The notes: generated by a model not told the origin, from the sequence alone. Counted from the first letter of the stretch, positions 49,880-59,025 are shown. The stretch: DNA of 59,816 nt from an uncultured virus (IMG/VR IMGVR_UViG_3300042922_000886) (IMGVR_UViG_3300042922_000886:62001-121816); one strand, 5' to 3'. Translations and numbers: made by a program.

Positions 49880-50215
49880 ATGATAAGCAAAAAACTTAGC
49901 GGTAATGGTTTATGGGAGTCCTCAAGAATGGTGCTTCCAGAACATAGGATCAGGATGTTTAAACATAATGAAGAAAGAGGGTACAAGGAAAAGCCAAGTT
50001 TGCATGAAGATGAGTTGGAGATGTTATTTCAGAATATAAATTACTCCATCAATCAAAGAGAAATAGTAAGCATGACAGTATTCGGAGTAGGACAAGACCG
50101 GGTTATTAATGGTGTTGTTACGTACATCAATTATGACAAAAAGAAGCTGAGAATTGAATTTGATGATGGTTATGAGTTTGTAGATTTTGATGAGATTATA
50201 AATGTGCGTATGTAA
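49880..50215 (+). CDS. YolD-like family protein
   Basis: GNGLWESSRMVLPEH...KPSLHEDELE; SOS box upstream. Confidence 0.85.
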   Translation: MISKKLSGNGLWESSRMVLPEHRIRMFKHNEERGYKEKPSLHEDELEMLFQNINYSINQREIVSMTVFGVGQDRVINGVVTYINYDKKKLRIEFDDGYEFVDFDEIINVRM

Positions 50216-50270
50216 TGCTCAATAATGGTCAATAAAAGAGACATTTTATTAGATGAAAGCGAGGTGAAAG

Positions 50271-50570
50271 ATGAAGTTAACATCTGATTTGATTTCACGA
50301 AGAAACAGTTACTCACTCTGGAAGTACGAAGATGCAGTTAAAGCAATTCATCATTGGGAGACGGATAAATATCAGAGCGGTAGGTTATCTGTAAGTGAAT
50401 GTAAGACATGCTACTATTTAAAGAATGGAGCAAGTTTACAAGCATTCACTAACTACATATGCAAGAACTGCAATCAAGAAAAAAATCACCATGATTCTTC
50501 TACGCCAGATTATTGTCCTGATTGCTGTAAAGAACATAATGTTTGTCGAAGATGTGGAGCGGACGTTTGA
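50271..50570 (+). CDS. Multi-CxxC zinc-binding protein
   Basis: CKTC, CKNC, CPDC, CRRC. Confidence 0.7.
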   Translation: MKLTSDLISRRNSYSLWKYEDAVKAIHHWETDKYQSGRLSVSECKTCYYLKNGASLQAFTNYICKNCNQEKNHHDSSTPDYCPDCCKEHNVCRRCGADV

Positions 50571-50615
50571 CTTGTCGTTTTACACGATTACCCAAGAAAT
50601 AAGCGAGGTGATACT

Positions 50616-50843
50616 ATGTATCAACAATATGATGAGGAATATGATAAGCGTTATGAACTCGAAGCATATTTGGCTGTAGATGTTGCCGAAAATGGGGATC
50701 GTGCCAGAATTGCAAAGAATTACTTTAGCAAAAGCGAACTACCGGCGCTTGATAAAATTGCGACTAAACTAAAAGAAAATGGGTTTGACACCTTCGAGAT
50801 TCGAGAGATTACTGAATTGAAACGAAGATACTCCATTATGTAA
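50616..50843 (+). CDS. Hypothetical protein
   Basis: ORF track; GAGGTGA RBS. Confidence 0.65.
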   Translation: MYQQYDEEYDKRYELEAYLAVDVAENGDRARIAKNYFSKSELPALDKIATKLKENGFDTFEIREITELKRRYSIM

Positions 50844-50867
50844 AAGTATATAATAAATGATAATCCA

Positions 50868-51509
50868 TTGGTGAGAGGCGAAGGGTTTTTGACCAAAAAC
50901 AAGGAATTGATTAACCGTAGGGCGTTTAAAGGGGAATTTTATGATGAGATTAACGATGGCATCAGTGAGAAATATCAAGCAATATATCCTAATAGTAAAA
51001 TAAGAGTTGAATACATCTTAGATAGAGAATTGTTCCTTTGGCAAGTGTATATTGACGGTCATACATATTCAGAAGACGGAAAAATTATCGAAGCATTAAT
51101 TCATGTTGACACATTCAAGAATCTAACTGCAATTAAACTGTTCTCTTCAATAAGTTTGTCAGAGTATGAAGCAGAATACAATGATTATAGTGAAGATAAT
51201 TATAAATTGTTGAGACAAGGTATCAATGATTTGGTGATGGAGTTTTCGGCCAAGGGAGTTATTTTTGAAGAGAACGAAGTAAGCACTGGAGGCTATCGAG
51301 TTGTTTTCTACCATCCTGAATTCAGCTCAAGAAATTCATACATGAGTTCTTGGGATAGGGAACGGATGAAGGAGAGTTTACACTATGATCTATACCGTAG
51401 TTCAAGTTATGGACATTTTAATGTGCAGCCAATTTCAAAAGCAACTGTAAAAAGTAAACTTAGCGATGTTAGGAGAAGTATTAAACGGTTACTTGAAAAG
51501 AAACAATAG
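50868..51509 (+). CDS. Hypothetical protein
   Basis: ORF track. Confidence 0.7.
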   Translation: MVRGEGFLTKNKELINRRAFKGEFYDEINDGISEKYQAIYPNSKIRVEYILDRELFLWQVYIDGHTYSEDGKIIEALIHVDTFKNLTAIKLFSSISLSEYEAEYNDYSEDNYKLLRQGINDLVMEFSAKGVIFEENEVSTGGYRVVFYHPEFSSRNSYMSSWDRERMKESLHYDLYRSSSYGHFNVQPISKATVKSKLSDVRRSIKRLLEKKQ

Positions 51510-51539
51510 ACGATCCTTTCATTAACTTTGAGGTGAGGT

Positions 51540-51737
51540 ATGGATAGATTCATTCGTGTTATTTTTTTAAGTTTTCTTATGGTGCTATTTGAGGAACTTA
51601 GTGATCAAGCATATGAAAAAGGTCAAACTTGGTCTGGAATTTCTTTGTTTGCAATTGTATTATTTTTTGGTTATTTGTTGCTATCAAGAGCATATCAAGA
51701 TGGAAAGAAAGATGCTGAAAAGAAATCGAGGTGGTAA
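51540..51737 (+). CDS. Small two-TM membrane protein
   Basis: Two hydrophobic segments; GAGGTGAGG RBS. Confidence 0.65.
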   Translation: MDRFIRVIFLSFLMVLFEELSDQAYEKGQTWSGISLFAIVLFFGYLLLSRAYQDGKKDAEKKSRW

Positions 51738-51738
51738 G

Positions 51739-52275
51739 ATGGCATCTGTTTTTTGCCAGTATTGTAAGGTAAAAGACGAGAAGAATTTGATGAAAAGAGG
51801 AATCACAAAAACCGGCTATATACATAACACTTGTATTCCTCGATGGGAGAAAGATCAGGAATATAAGAAAATAGAAAATGAACAATGGAGTTCACTTTAT
51901 GAGTATCTTCGCTCCCTACATAATGCCCTAGATATTCCTCCACGAAATATTAAACGACTTAGAGAAATTAAAGAAAATAAAAATATTTCATATAAATTAA
52001 TGATTGATGCATATAAAGTTGCAGAAGATAAAATTAAGTGGTTTATTCGCGAAGTACTTCAGGACGGGAACAATGCAGAAGATATAAATAAGGTAATAAC
52101 GGTTATGATGAATTCAGGGTTGAATCAAGCGGCAAGAGAAGAACAAATGAGAAAAAGGCAGCAACAAGAAAAAGAAAAACTGATGGCACAGGAGACAAGT
52201 AACGATATGTCTCATGATAATTTAATAAATAAAAAAAATACAAAAGATATACTGGATATATCGGAGTTTCTTTAA
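51739..52275 (+). CDS. YorH-like replication-associated protein
   Basis: CQYC...H..C zinc motif; DISEFL tail; directly precedes the helicase; start moved after GAGGTGG. Confidence 0.65.
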   Translation: MASVFCQYCKVKDEKNLMKRGITKTGYIHNTCIPRWEKDQEYKKIENEQWSSLYEYLRSLHNALDIPPRNIKRLREIKENKNISYKLMIDAYKVAEDKIKWFIREVLQDGNNAEDINKVITVMMNSGLNQAAREEQMRKRQQQEKEKLMAQETSNDMSHDNLINKKNTKDILDISEFL

Positions 52276-52294
52276 TGCTCAGGAGGGGTAAGTT

Positions 52295-53791
52295 ATCGCA
52301 GAATATATCAAAGAGTTTGTTGACCCGTCTGGAGTTCATGAATCCTTATTCGTAGGGTATTTATGGAAAACTCCAAGTCTATACTCTAAATATAAAGTCC
52401 ATAAAACAGAGAAGGACACATTTACAAAACCAGTATGGTATTTTTACTATTATATAGGAAAAGAAATGTATGAGAATGGTATGCGTACTTTTGACGACGC
52501 TTCTGTTTATTCATATCTTACTTCGAAGCCGAAAGAAAATGGAAAAAAATCATACTTTGAATATTACAACGAACACGGTGGATGGTCCACTATTGAAGAG
52601 ATCTTAAATGAATGTGATCCAGATAAAGGGAATGTAGACTATCATTTTAGTGAAGTTCAAAAATATGAAAGTTTGCGTATGTTTCAAAAGGAAGGCTTTA
52701 TCAATGTACTGAGTTCGGATTTGATCAGCAAATTAACAAACATGAATCTGATCCAACTACAGCAATTCATGCAACTCAAGGTTAAGTCTGGATTCTCACA
52801 AGTGAATTCTGGGGAAATAGTTATCTCGTATTTGGGCGATGATCTAAGTGAGACCATTAAAGAATTAAAAAATGGAGAACAGGCAGGAATTCCTTTATTT
52901 GAATCACCAAGACTCAATAGAAAAATAAACGGACAAAAACTAGGGAATTTAAATTACTTGATATTGCCTTCAGGTGTAGGTAAATCAAGTATATTGACAG
53001 AGAAAGCGGTAATGAGTCTATATGAAAATGACGAAAAAGGAATCATTTTTGCTAACGAGGAGGGGATAAAACGTTGGAGATCCAGACTGCTTGTTACTGT
53101 GGCAGCAAGGGTATTAAAAAAGCCGGTCGCAAGAGACGTTGTTAATCGAGGATTTGGTGACGAGGTTGAGGCGATTCTGCATGAAGCAAGAGAATGGATT
53201 GAATCGCATCGAAAAGAGAACATACTCTTTATCAATCTAAAGAAATATAGAATCCAAGACGTAATAAGTAATATTGAATTGTATAGGCCAAAGGGATACA
53301 AACACATATATTTTGATACTTTTAAACCTGATTTAACGCAGCAGATTGAAAGATGGTTGGCATTTTCTAATTCAGCGCAATATTTGTATGACACTATAAA
53401 AGACGATGCCTACAATTGTCATTGTCTAGCTACTGTACAATTAAAAATTGGTAAAGAATTTAGATACATTGATCTTGATTGTATCGGAAAATCGGTCGAA
53501 ATCTCAGAGGTCGGTGCTGTAATAATGGCCGGACGCTTAATGTTTGATGATGAATATAAAGTAGAAGGACACAAAAACAGGCTTAATCCGTACAATTGGG
53601 AGAAGGATGAACTCAACGGAAAGTGGTTTAAGAAAGAGTATAGACTTGATCCAGAGAAAAAATATCTAATTCTCTTCCTGCCAAAAAATCGTGAAGGGAG
53701 TGAAGATGAGCAGATCATCTTTGAAGTGAATTATGATTTTAACATATGGAGAGAAGTATCTCTAGTCCAAGTACCAAACAATGGAAGGTAA
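52295..53791 (+). CDS. DnaB-like replicative helicase (YorI-like); start extended to ATC
   Basis: PSGVGKSS Walker A; FANEE; YFDTFK; TVQL; KNREG; frame open for 57 more codons back to AGGAGG. Confidence 0.85.
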   Translation: MAEYIKEFVDPSGVHESLFVGYLWKTPSLYSKYKVHKTEKDTFTKPVWYFYYYIGKEMYENGMRTFDDASVYSYLTSKPKENGKKSYFEYYNEHGGWSTIEEILNECDPDKGNVDYHFSEVQKYESLRMFQKEGFINVLSSDLISKLTNMNLIQLQQFMQLKVKSGFSQVNSGEIVISYLGDDLSETIKELKNGEQAGIPLFESPRLNRKINGQKLGNLNYLILPSGVGKSSILTEKAVMSLYENDEKGIIFANEEGIKRWRSRLLVTVAARVLKKPVARDVVNRGFGDEVEAILHEAREWIESHRKENILFINLKKYRIQDVISNIELYRPKGYKHIYFDTFKPDLTQQIERWLAFSNSAQYLYDTIKDDAYNCHCLATVQLKIGKEFRYIDLDCIGKSVEISEVGAVIMAGRLMFDDEYKVEGHKNRLNPYNWEKDELNGKWFKKEYRLDPEKKYLILFLPKNREGSEDEQIIFEVNYDFNIWREVSLVQVPNNGR

Positions 53792-53808
53792 TCCTCTAAG
53801 GGAGGAGC

Positions 53809-54888
53809 ATGATGAGTGATGTTCTAACAGAAATAAGAAAAAAATTGTTACAAGATGACAATATACATACATTGCTTGAAAAGGCAGAGTGTGAAAATAT
53901 AAAACGTCGAAGCAACAGGTATGAAGCAACGTTGCCAAGCAGGTTTAATTCAGATAACGATAGAGCCGTGCAAGTGTATTTAAATGAATCAATAACCTGT
54001 AAAATAAGAAGTCGAACCTTTTTAGGAAAAGGTATTTATGACTTAATTTCATATATTGTATTTGGATGTATAGAAATAAAAGAAATAAATAAATGCCTTC
54101 CGAAATCAAAAAGATGGATTTGTGAGCAATTGGGTTTTTTTGAGTATCTAAATAACTCATGGTATCATGAAAAGCCAAAGGAAGACCCGTTAAAATGGTT
54201 AAAAGATTTAAAGAGGAAACGAAACAAGGAAATTAAGATAATTGAAAATACCGTGCTAGATGATACTGTATTTAATCAGTACATTATGTATCCTTACATT
54301 AATTATTTGAAAGAAGGCATCGACTATAACACGCAGCTCGAGTTTCAAATCGGTCTTGACCTAGTTAGTGAACGCGTAATCTTTCCTATACATAATAAAT
54401 ACGGAGACTTGATTGGAATAAAGGGTAGAACTCTAGATCCAGATTACAAAACTAAAAAAATCCCGAAGTTTATGCATTTATATAATGTAAATATGATTTC
54501 CGAGCTGTACAACTGGCATCGCGCGCTTTACTACATAATGGAGCAGAAAGAAATCATATTTTACGAAGCTGAAAAAACTTGCTGGCTAAGTACTCAATGG
54601 GGATATAGAAATTGCGTTGCTTTGGGGAGCAGTGAGATAACCGAGTGGCATGTCCAGATGGTCAAGGAACTTGGCTTAGATATCCGAATCGTGTTGGGTT
54701 ACGACAAAGATAAGGAAGCAAAGGAAATAAAGGAAGCAGCTAAGATGTTTGGATTCACTCACTCAATCAACGTTATGTGGGATGGGAGGAATGCATTTTC
54801 TGCAGAGAAGAAGCACTCTCCAACGGATTTAGGCAAAGATGCATTTGACCAACTATACAATGACAGGTATAAATACAAAATAACATGA
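53809..54888 (+). CDS. DNA primase (YorJ-like, TOPRIM)
   Basis: RVIFPIHNKYGDLIGIKGR; FYEAEK; LGYDKD. Confidence 0.85.
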   Translation: MMSDVLTEIRKKLLQDDNIHTLLEKAECENIKRRSNRYEATLPSRFNSDNDRAVQVYLNESITCKIRSRTFLGKGIYDLISYIVFGCIEIKEINKCLPKSKRWICEQLGFFEYLNNSWYHEKPKEDPLKWLKDLKRKRNKEIKIIENTVLDDTVFNQYIMYPYINYLKEGIDYNTQLEFQIGLDLVSERVIFPIHNKYGDLIGIKGRTLDPDYKTKKIPKFMHLYNVNMISELYNWHRALYYIMEQKEIIFYEAEKTCWLSTQWGYRNCVALGSSEITEWHVQMVKELGLDIRIVLGYDKDKEAKEIKEAAKMFGFTHSINVMWDGRNAFSAEKKHSPTDLGKDAFDQLYNDRYKYKIT

Positions 54889-54916
54889 CAAATAAAATCG
54901 ATATTTCATTCAATGG

Positions 54917-54955
54917 TAGCAAGCACAACTTGGAAAATAGTGCTTGCTATTCTTT
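54917..54955 (+). terminator. Rho-independent terminator after primase
   Basis: TAGCAAGCAC/GTGCTTGCTA stem followed by TTCTTT. Confidence 0.75.
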
Positions 54956-55150
54956 GTATCTTGATATAAAATAAAAGTATGAAATAAACTAATTGATGAG
55001 GAGGCGGACTAAATATTCGATGTTTGTCTGGTGGATCATTGGAATATGTATTTACTTCTGTTTAGTAGTACTTATCGCAAAATGCTGTGGAGGAAATACA
55101 ACTTTCGATTATAAAATAAAACATAATAATACATATGGGGAGAATGAGCG

Positions 55151-55483
55151 ATGAAGTTGTATCAATTGGGCAAAGGGGTATATAAAACTTACCGGGAAAC
55201 AGTTAAAGGGAATCAAAATATCACTCCACAACAAGCACAAAAGAAATTGACTCGAAACATTATACTGGCTTTTAAAGTTTCAAAAAGCAATAATGAAAAT
55301 TTAAAGCAACGGTACTTCTATGGTAACTTGCACATACTCGTAGTTGGAAATAAAATCGTCTGGATCAAAAATATTAAGCAGAATGGCAACTGGTTTTATA
55401 AGGATCAGAAAAAGTATGATGAATTGAATGTGCTGCTTGGTATTGAAAATGATTCTGAAACTATTAATCAAAGAGTCAGTTAA
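55151..55483 (+). CDS. Hypothetical basic phage protein
   Basis: TYRETVKGN...KLTRNI...YGNLHI. Confidence 0.7.
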   Translation: MKLYQLGKGVYKTYRETVKGNQNITPQQAQKKLTRNIILAFKVSKSNNENLKQRYFYGNLHILVVGNKIVWIKNIKQNGNWFYKDQKKYDELNVLLGIENDSETINQRVS

Positions 55484-55498
55484 TAAGAGGGAGAAAAC

Positions 55499-55729
55499 AT
55501 GAGTGAGGCACTAAAAAATGCCCTATACGATGTAGTAGAAAAAGCAAAGAAATACGATGCGATTATACATCTTAGAAAAAATGGAGAAATCCATTGTGAT
55601 TTTTGCGGTAAGTGTCAATGCGATGTTAAGAAGTTAGTAGCTGGACCAAGAGTTTTTATTTGCGACGAATGCATAGAACTATGTGTTGAAGTTATTAAAG
55701 AAGAGAAAGTGAATGAGGAAGACAAATAA
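55499..55729 (+). CDS. ClpX C4-type zinc finger protein
   Basis: CDFCGK...[20 protein letters not shown]. Confidence 0.9.
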   Translation: MSEALKNALYDVVEKAKKYDAIIHLRKNGEIHCDFCGKCQCDVKKLVAGPRVFICDECIELCVEVIKEEKVNEEDK

Positions 55730-55771
55730 AATTATGCTTTCATTGAAGAAAGGGGCGCCTATTGGAAAAAT

Positions 55772-56206
55772 ATGAGGGATACAAGGGAAATTAAATTCCG
55801 GGGACGCCGAATTTGCAATGGTGAGTGGGTATACGGTTGGTTGTATTCAATCGTTCCATATGGAAATCCTCATGAGCGTGGTTTTATGATCAAAGAGGAT
55901 ATAGGAGACGATTATGAGGTCGATCCCGAATCAGTAGGTCAATATAGCGGCGTTAACGATGACGACAAGGATGAAGAGTTATTTTCTGGAGACATCATAC
56001 AGGTGGGATACGACGGCGAAACGATTGTCTGTGAAGTGATGAGAGAAGGTCCGGGATTCTTGCTGGCATCAGGCGAATTTGATGACGGATATATCTGGAT
56101 CAGTGAAATAGTAGAATCGCTTGATGGCAAGTTTTATATACCTGATTCGGAATTGTTGGGAAATCGCTGGGAGCATCCTCATCTATTAGGAGGGAACCAA
56201 GCATGA
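55772..56206 (+). CDS. YopX family protein
   Basis: REIKFRG...WVYG...VDPESVGQYSG...GDII...GNRWEHPHLL. Confidence 0.9.
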   Translation: MRDTREIKFRGRRICNGEWVYGWLYSIVPYGNPHERGFMIKEDIGDDYEVDPESVGQYSGVNDDDKDEELFSGDIIQVGYDGETIVCEVMREGPGFLLASGEFDDGYIWISEIVESLDGKFYIPDSELLGNRWEHPHLLGGNQA

Positions 56207-56589
56207 GGATAGACGATATGAAGCCGGGACCGGAATTGAATGCGGAATTTGCGAAAGCACTCGGAAAGCCGAATTTGCGCAAATATAACCACTGCTATGT
56301 TTGGGACAATGTGGGGTACGTCAACGGAAAACCAGTTGGATCAGTAATGGGAACGATCGATGTTCCAGAATACTCCACAACATGGGACGGAATGAGCGAA
56401 GTTGTTGGGGAGATGCAACGACGGGGATACAGATATTTGCTCCATGACACTCATAACGGCATATCGCTTGCGCAGTTTCAAAAATATAATGCAGAATACG
56501 AACTGACTGGGTTCGGCAGGAGTGAAGGAAAAACGGCCCCTCACGCTGTAACGTTGGCAGCTATTAGGGCTCTACAAGGGGAGCAATAA
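56203..56589 (+). CDS. Phage ABA-sandwich (BC1872-like) protein
   Basis: PGPELNA...PEYSTTWDGM...TAPHAVTLAAIRAL. Confidence 0.7.
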   Translation: MRIDDMKPGPELNAEFAKALGKPNLRKYNHCYVWDNVGYVNGKPVGSVMGTIDVPEYSTTWDGMSEVVGEMQRRGYRYLLHDTHNGISLAQFQKYNAEYELTGFGRSEGKTAPHAVTLAAIRALQGEQ

Positions 56590-56766
56590 ACGTATGAAGA
56601 CGCTATGTACACGTTGTAAAAAGCCGGTTTATAAAAATCGAAACCACTGGACAGATGTACACGGAAATCGCAAGCATATTCGCTGCCAAAAAGAAGAAGA
56701 ACAGGAGCGCCGTGAACGAGATAAAAGAACATCTCGCATGGAGGCTCTACAAGGGGAGGATACCCA

Positions 56767-56994
56767 ATGAGTAAAAAAGGCGGAGATATACTTTGTGATC
56801 TCTGGAGCCGAGTCGATCAAGCGGATTTTGACACCATGATTACGGAAGCATTCAAGAAGATTCCTACGAAAATCCAAAAGAAATTCATTGCAGAAATTCT
56901 TGAAAATAATATTTGGGATTTGAACGGAAAGCCTGATGATAGAACTTTATCCGAGTGCTGGGAATTTGTTGATGCAGGGGAGGATACCCGATGA
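56767..56994 (+). CDS. Hypothetical protein
   Basis: ORF track; junction motif RBS. Confidence 0.65.
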   Translation: MSKKGGDILCDLWSRVDQADFDTMITEAFKKIPTKIQKKFIAEILENNIWDLNGKPDDRTLSECWEFVDAGEDTR

Positions 56995-57188
56995 ATAACT
57001 GTGGAGTATGCAATCATCACTTAGACATCAACCATGCCCAATTAAGACGATTCGAATTGGATGGGACTCTTACGCCGTACCATATGGGTTGTGAGGGTGA
57101 GGCGCGGAAACTTAAGCCTTGTGTAGACTGCGGCCAACATCGACTATTATGCAGCGATTGTGCAGAGGTAGGGGAGGATACCCAATGA
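56991..57188 (+). CDS. Small zinc-binding protein
   Basis: CGVC, CVDC, CSDC. Confidence 0.6.
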   Translation: MNNCGVCNHHLDINHAQLRRFELDGTLTPYHMGCEGEARKLKPCVDCGQHRLLCSDCAEVGEDTQ

Positions 57189-57382
57189 ATATTATACCAA
57201 TCATCAGAAATGAAAGAGGTAGCCTGACGCTTAATAGGGCTGATTTGGATATCATCATTGGTCAGATTATTGATATATGCAGAACAGAAAAGGAACTGGA
57301 ATGGGTTCAAGATCAATTAATAGGCTGCATTGAATCCATGGTGGAAGGAAAATTGGAAGAGTTGGAGGATACCCAACCATGA
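57185..57382 (+). CDS. Hypothetical protein (MNIIPIIRNERG...)
   Basis: ORF 57119..57382 with start moved to the junction-motif ATG. Confidence 0.6.
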   Translation: MNIIPIIRNERGSLTLNRADLDIIIGQIIDICRTEKELEWVQDQLIGCIESMVEGKLEELEDTQP

Positions 57383-57582
57383 AATACGCGATAAAGTTCC
57401 AAGGCGAATATATGCGCCAAAGATACGGATCAGATTGCTTTACCGACGATCTTGGTTTCGCTGTCCTATTCGATTCTCGGGAAGAAGCTGTATCCGAACT
57501 TTTCGGTGATGAGCATGTCGTTGAAATACAAGAAGACGAAGAAGGCGGAATCTGGGAGGATACAGCAAATGGAATGGATTAA
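57379..57582 (+). CDS. Hypothetical acidic protein
   Basis: ORF track. Confidence 0.6.
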   Translation: MKYAIKFQGEYMRQRYGSDCFTDDLGFAVLFDSREEAVSELFGDEHVVEIQEDEEGGIWEDTANGMD

Positions 57583-57886
57583 TTGCAGCGACAGAATGCC
57601 GGAACCGGCTCAACGTGTACTTGCAGTATTCCCAACAGGGTATAAGGGTGTCAGGCATATTTCCTTAGTCATTTACGTTCCGGCCAAATCAGTAAAGGCG
57701 GAAGATTTGTGGGACGACGACAGTGATTGTGTTGAATACGACGAAGAGAAGGATTGCTTCTACGTCGAAGAAGGTTGGTATGAATCGTCTTACGAGTCGG
57801 AAAAGGATTGGCGTTTGAATTACGAGGTAACTCACTGGATGCCATTACCTCATGTTCCAGTGGCACAAGGGGAGGATAAAGGGTGA
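57569..57886 (+). CDS. DUF551 family protein
   Basis: MEWINCSDRMPE...VTHWMPLP. Confidence 0.85.
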   Translation: MEWINCSDRMPEPAQRVLAVFPTGYKGVRHISLVIYVPAKSVKAEDLWDDDSDCVEYDEEKDCFYVEEGWYESSYESEKDWRLNYEVTHWMPLPHVPVAQGEDKG

Positions 57887-58143
57887 AACAGCCAAACATA
57901 AAAATATTCGGAAAAACTCATAAAGTCGTTCAAATCGAATTTAACGACGATGGCTTAATCCAAAAGATCATATATAAGGCAAATCAACACAATAACAGAA
58001 TAGTATTCCGACGAGACGATATGGTGGATGAATCGCTCGTACGGAAATACAAAATCCACGAGCCAACAAATCATCCATACCACAACTATGCTCATGCGCC
58101 TGATCTGGAGTCTTTATTGGTACAAGGGGAGGATACCCAATGA
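57883..58143 (+). CDS. Hypothetical protein
   Basis: ORF track. Confidence 0.65.
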   Translation: MKQPNIKIFGKTHKVVQIEFNDDGLIQKIIYKANQHNNRIVFRRDDMVDESLVRKYKIHEPTNHPYHNYAHAPDLESLLVQGEDTQ

Positions 58144-58405
58144 AGCGTGAACTGATTATATCCGGTTCGGTAGAAAAATGTTGGGCTTGCAAGGGTCGAG
58201 GATATTCGGGATCTGAAAACCATCCCGAATGCGTAGTTTGTAGTGGATATGGTTGGTTGCCGAAGGGAGAAGAAGATGCCGAGACGCCATCCAGATGAAG
58301 TTAAGCAAAAATGCGGACGATGCAGCCGAGAGAGATACGAACTCGTTAAATGTGGCGGAATATATGTATGTTGGAACTGCTGCAACTACCTAAAAAAGTC
58401 GGGGG

Positions 58406-58762
58406 ATGATACCCATGGAACCAGTAAGTAATGCTGATAAGTTGAGAGATAAAGCACCGGAAGATATAGACGATGTCCTATCCGAACTCGAAGACTTGAG
58501 CAAATTTTGGAAAGAGGCAATGAGGGAGCAAGCCGAGGAATATATTGAATCTCTCCAATCCATACAGCAGGAAAGGGATAAACTGCTTCGCAAACTGAAC
58601 TATAAAGACTTGATTATCTCAAATGCGGTGGAATTAGTTGAGGATCGAGAAAAAGTGCTTTCGGAATTGCGACCATTCGTTTCACCAGAGCATCAAAAAT
58701 TAATAGATTCAGTGGTGGACAACGGGAGTTTCAATGTCGGAGTAGGGGAGGAAAGGACATGA
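58406..58762 (+). CDS. Hypothetical coiled-coil protein
   Basis: ORF track. Confidence 0.65.
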   Translation: MIPMEPVSNADKLRDKAPEDIDDVLSELEDLSKFWKEAMREQAEEYIESLQSIQQERDKLLRKLNYKDLIISNAVELVEDREKVLSELRPFVSPEHQKLIDSVVDNGSFNVGVGEERT

Positions 58763-59025
58763 CCGAATTGACGGAACAGCGAAAACGGGAGATCGCTGAG
58801 ATGGCCCGGAGGGATTTAAACGCTCATGCATGGTTATGCGAACAAGAGCAGGAAGAATATGCCACTGAGGTTCTTTCCCTCCAACAACAGGTAAACACGC
58901 TGACGAAACAGATTGAGGCAGCGTTAACCGATTTGGAAGCATATAAACCTTTAACGGCTATAGTCGTCCTTAAAAGTGCCATACAGTCTATAAAGGAATC
59001 CCCGAGGGAGGAGCAAGGGAAATGA
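58759..59025 (+). CDS. Hypothetical coiled-coil protein
   Basis: ORF track; ATGA overlap. Confidence 0.65.
   Translation: MTELTEQRKREIAEMARRDLNAHAWLCEQEQEEYATEVLSLQQQVNTLTKQIEAALTDLEAYKPLTAIVVLKSAIQSIKESPREEQGK

Larger units (their letters stand above)
1..55743. repeat. Dispersed 18-bp palindromic junction element ATRAAA-N6-TTTYAT (over 50 copies by eye, including 1-2 mismatch variants)
   Basis: Examples: 2030-2047, 5041-5058, 7846-7863, 8043-8060, 10655-10672, 11193-11210, 11350-11367, 11578-11595, 11884-11901, 12646-12663, 12995-13012, 14345-14362, 14622-14639, 15183-15200, 18896-18913, 20960-20977, 21782-21799, 22820-22837, 23363-23380, 23568-23585, 23864-23881, 29561-29578, 34514-34531, 36888-36905, 37932-37949, 38740-38757, 40461-40478, 42103-42120, 46821-46838, 50232-50249, 54892-54909, 55726-55743. 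Confidence 0.9.

Noticed and set aside
8058..55125. AT-rich TATAAAATAAAA-like motif near several promoter regions (e.g. ~8058, 30585, 54965, 55110) as a repressor operator
   Set aside because: It cannot be told apart from AT-rich background or UP elements by eye; it needs a statistical motif test.
1..55743. Junction palindromes as a CRISPR array or as Rho-independent terminators
   Set aside because: They are 18 bp with a variable centre and are separated by whole genes, and no cas genes are present. The stems are AU-only and followed by an RBS rather than a U-tract.
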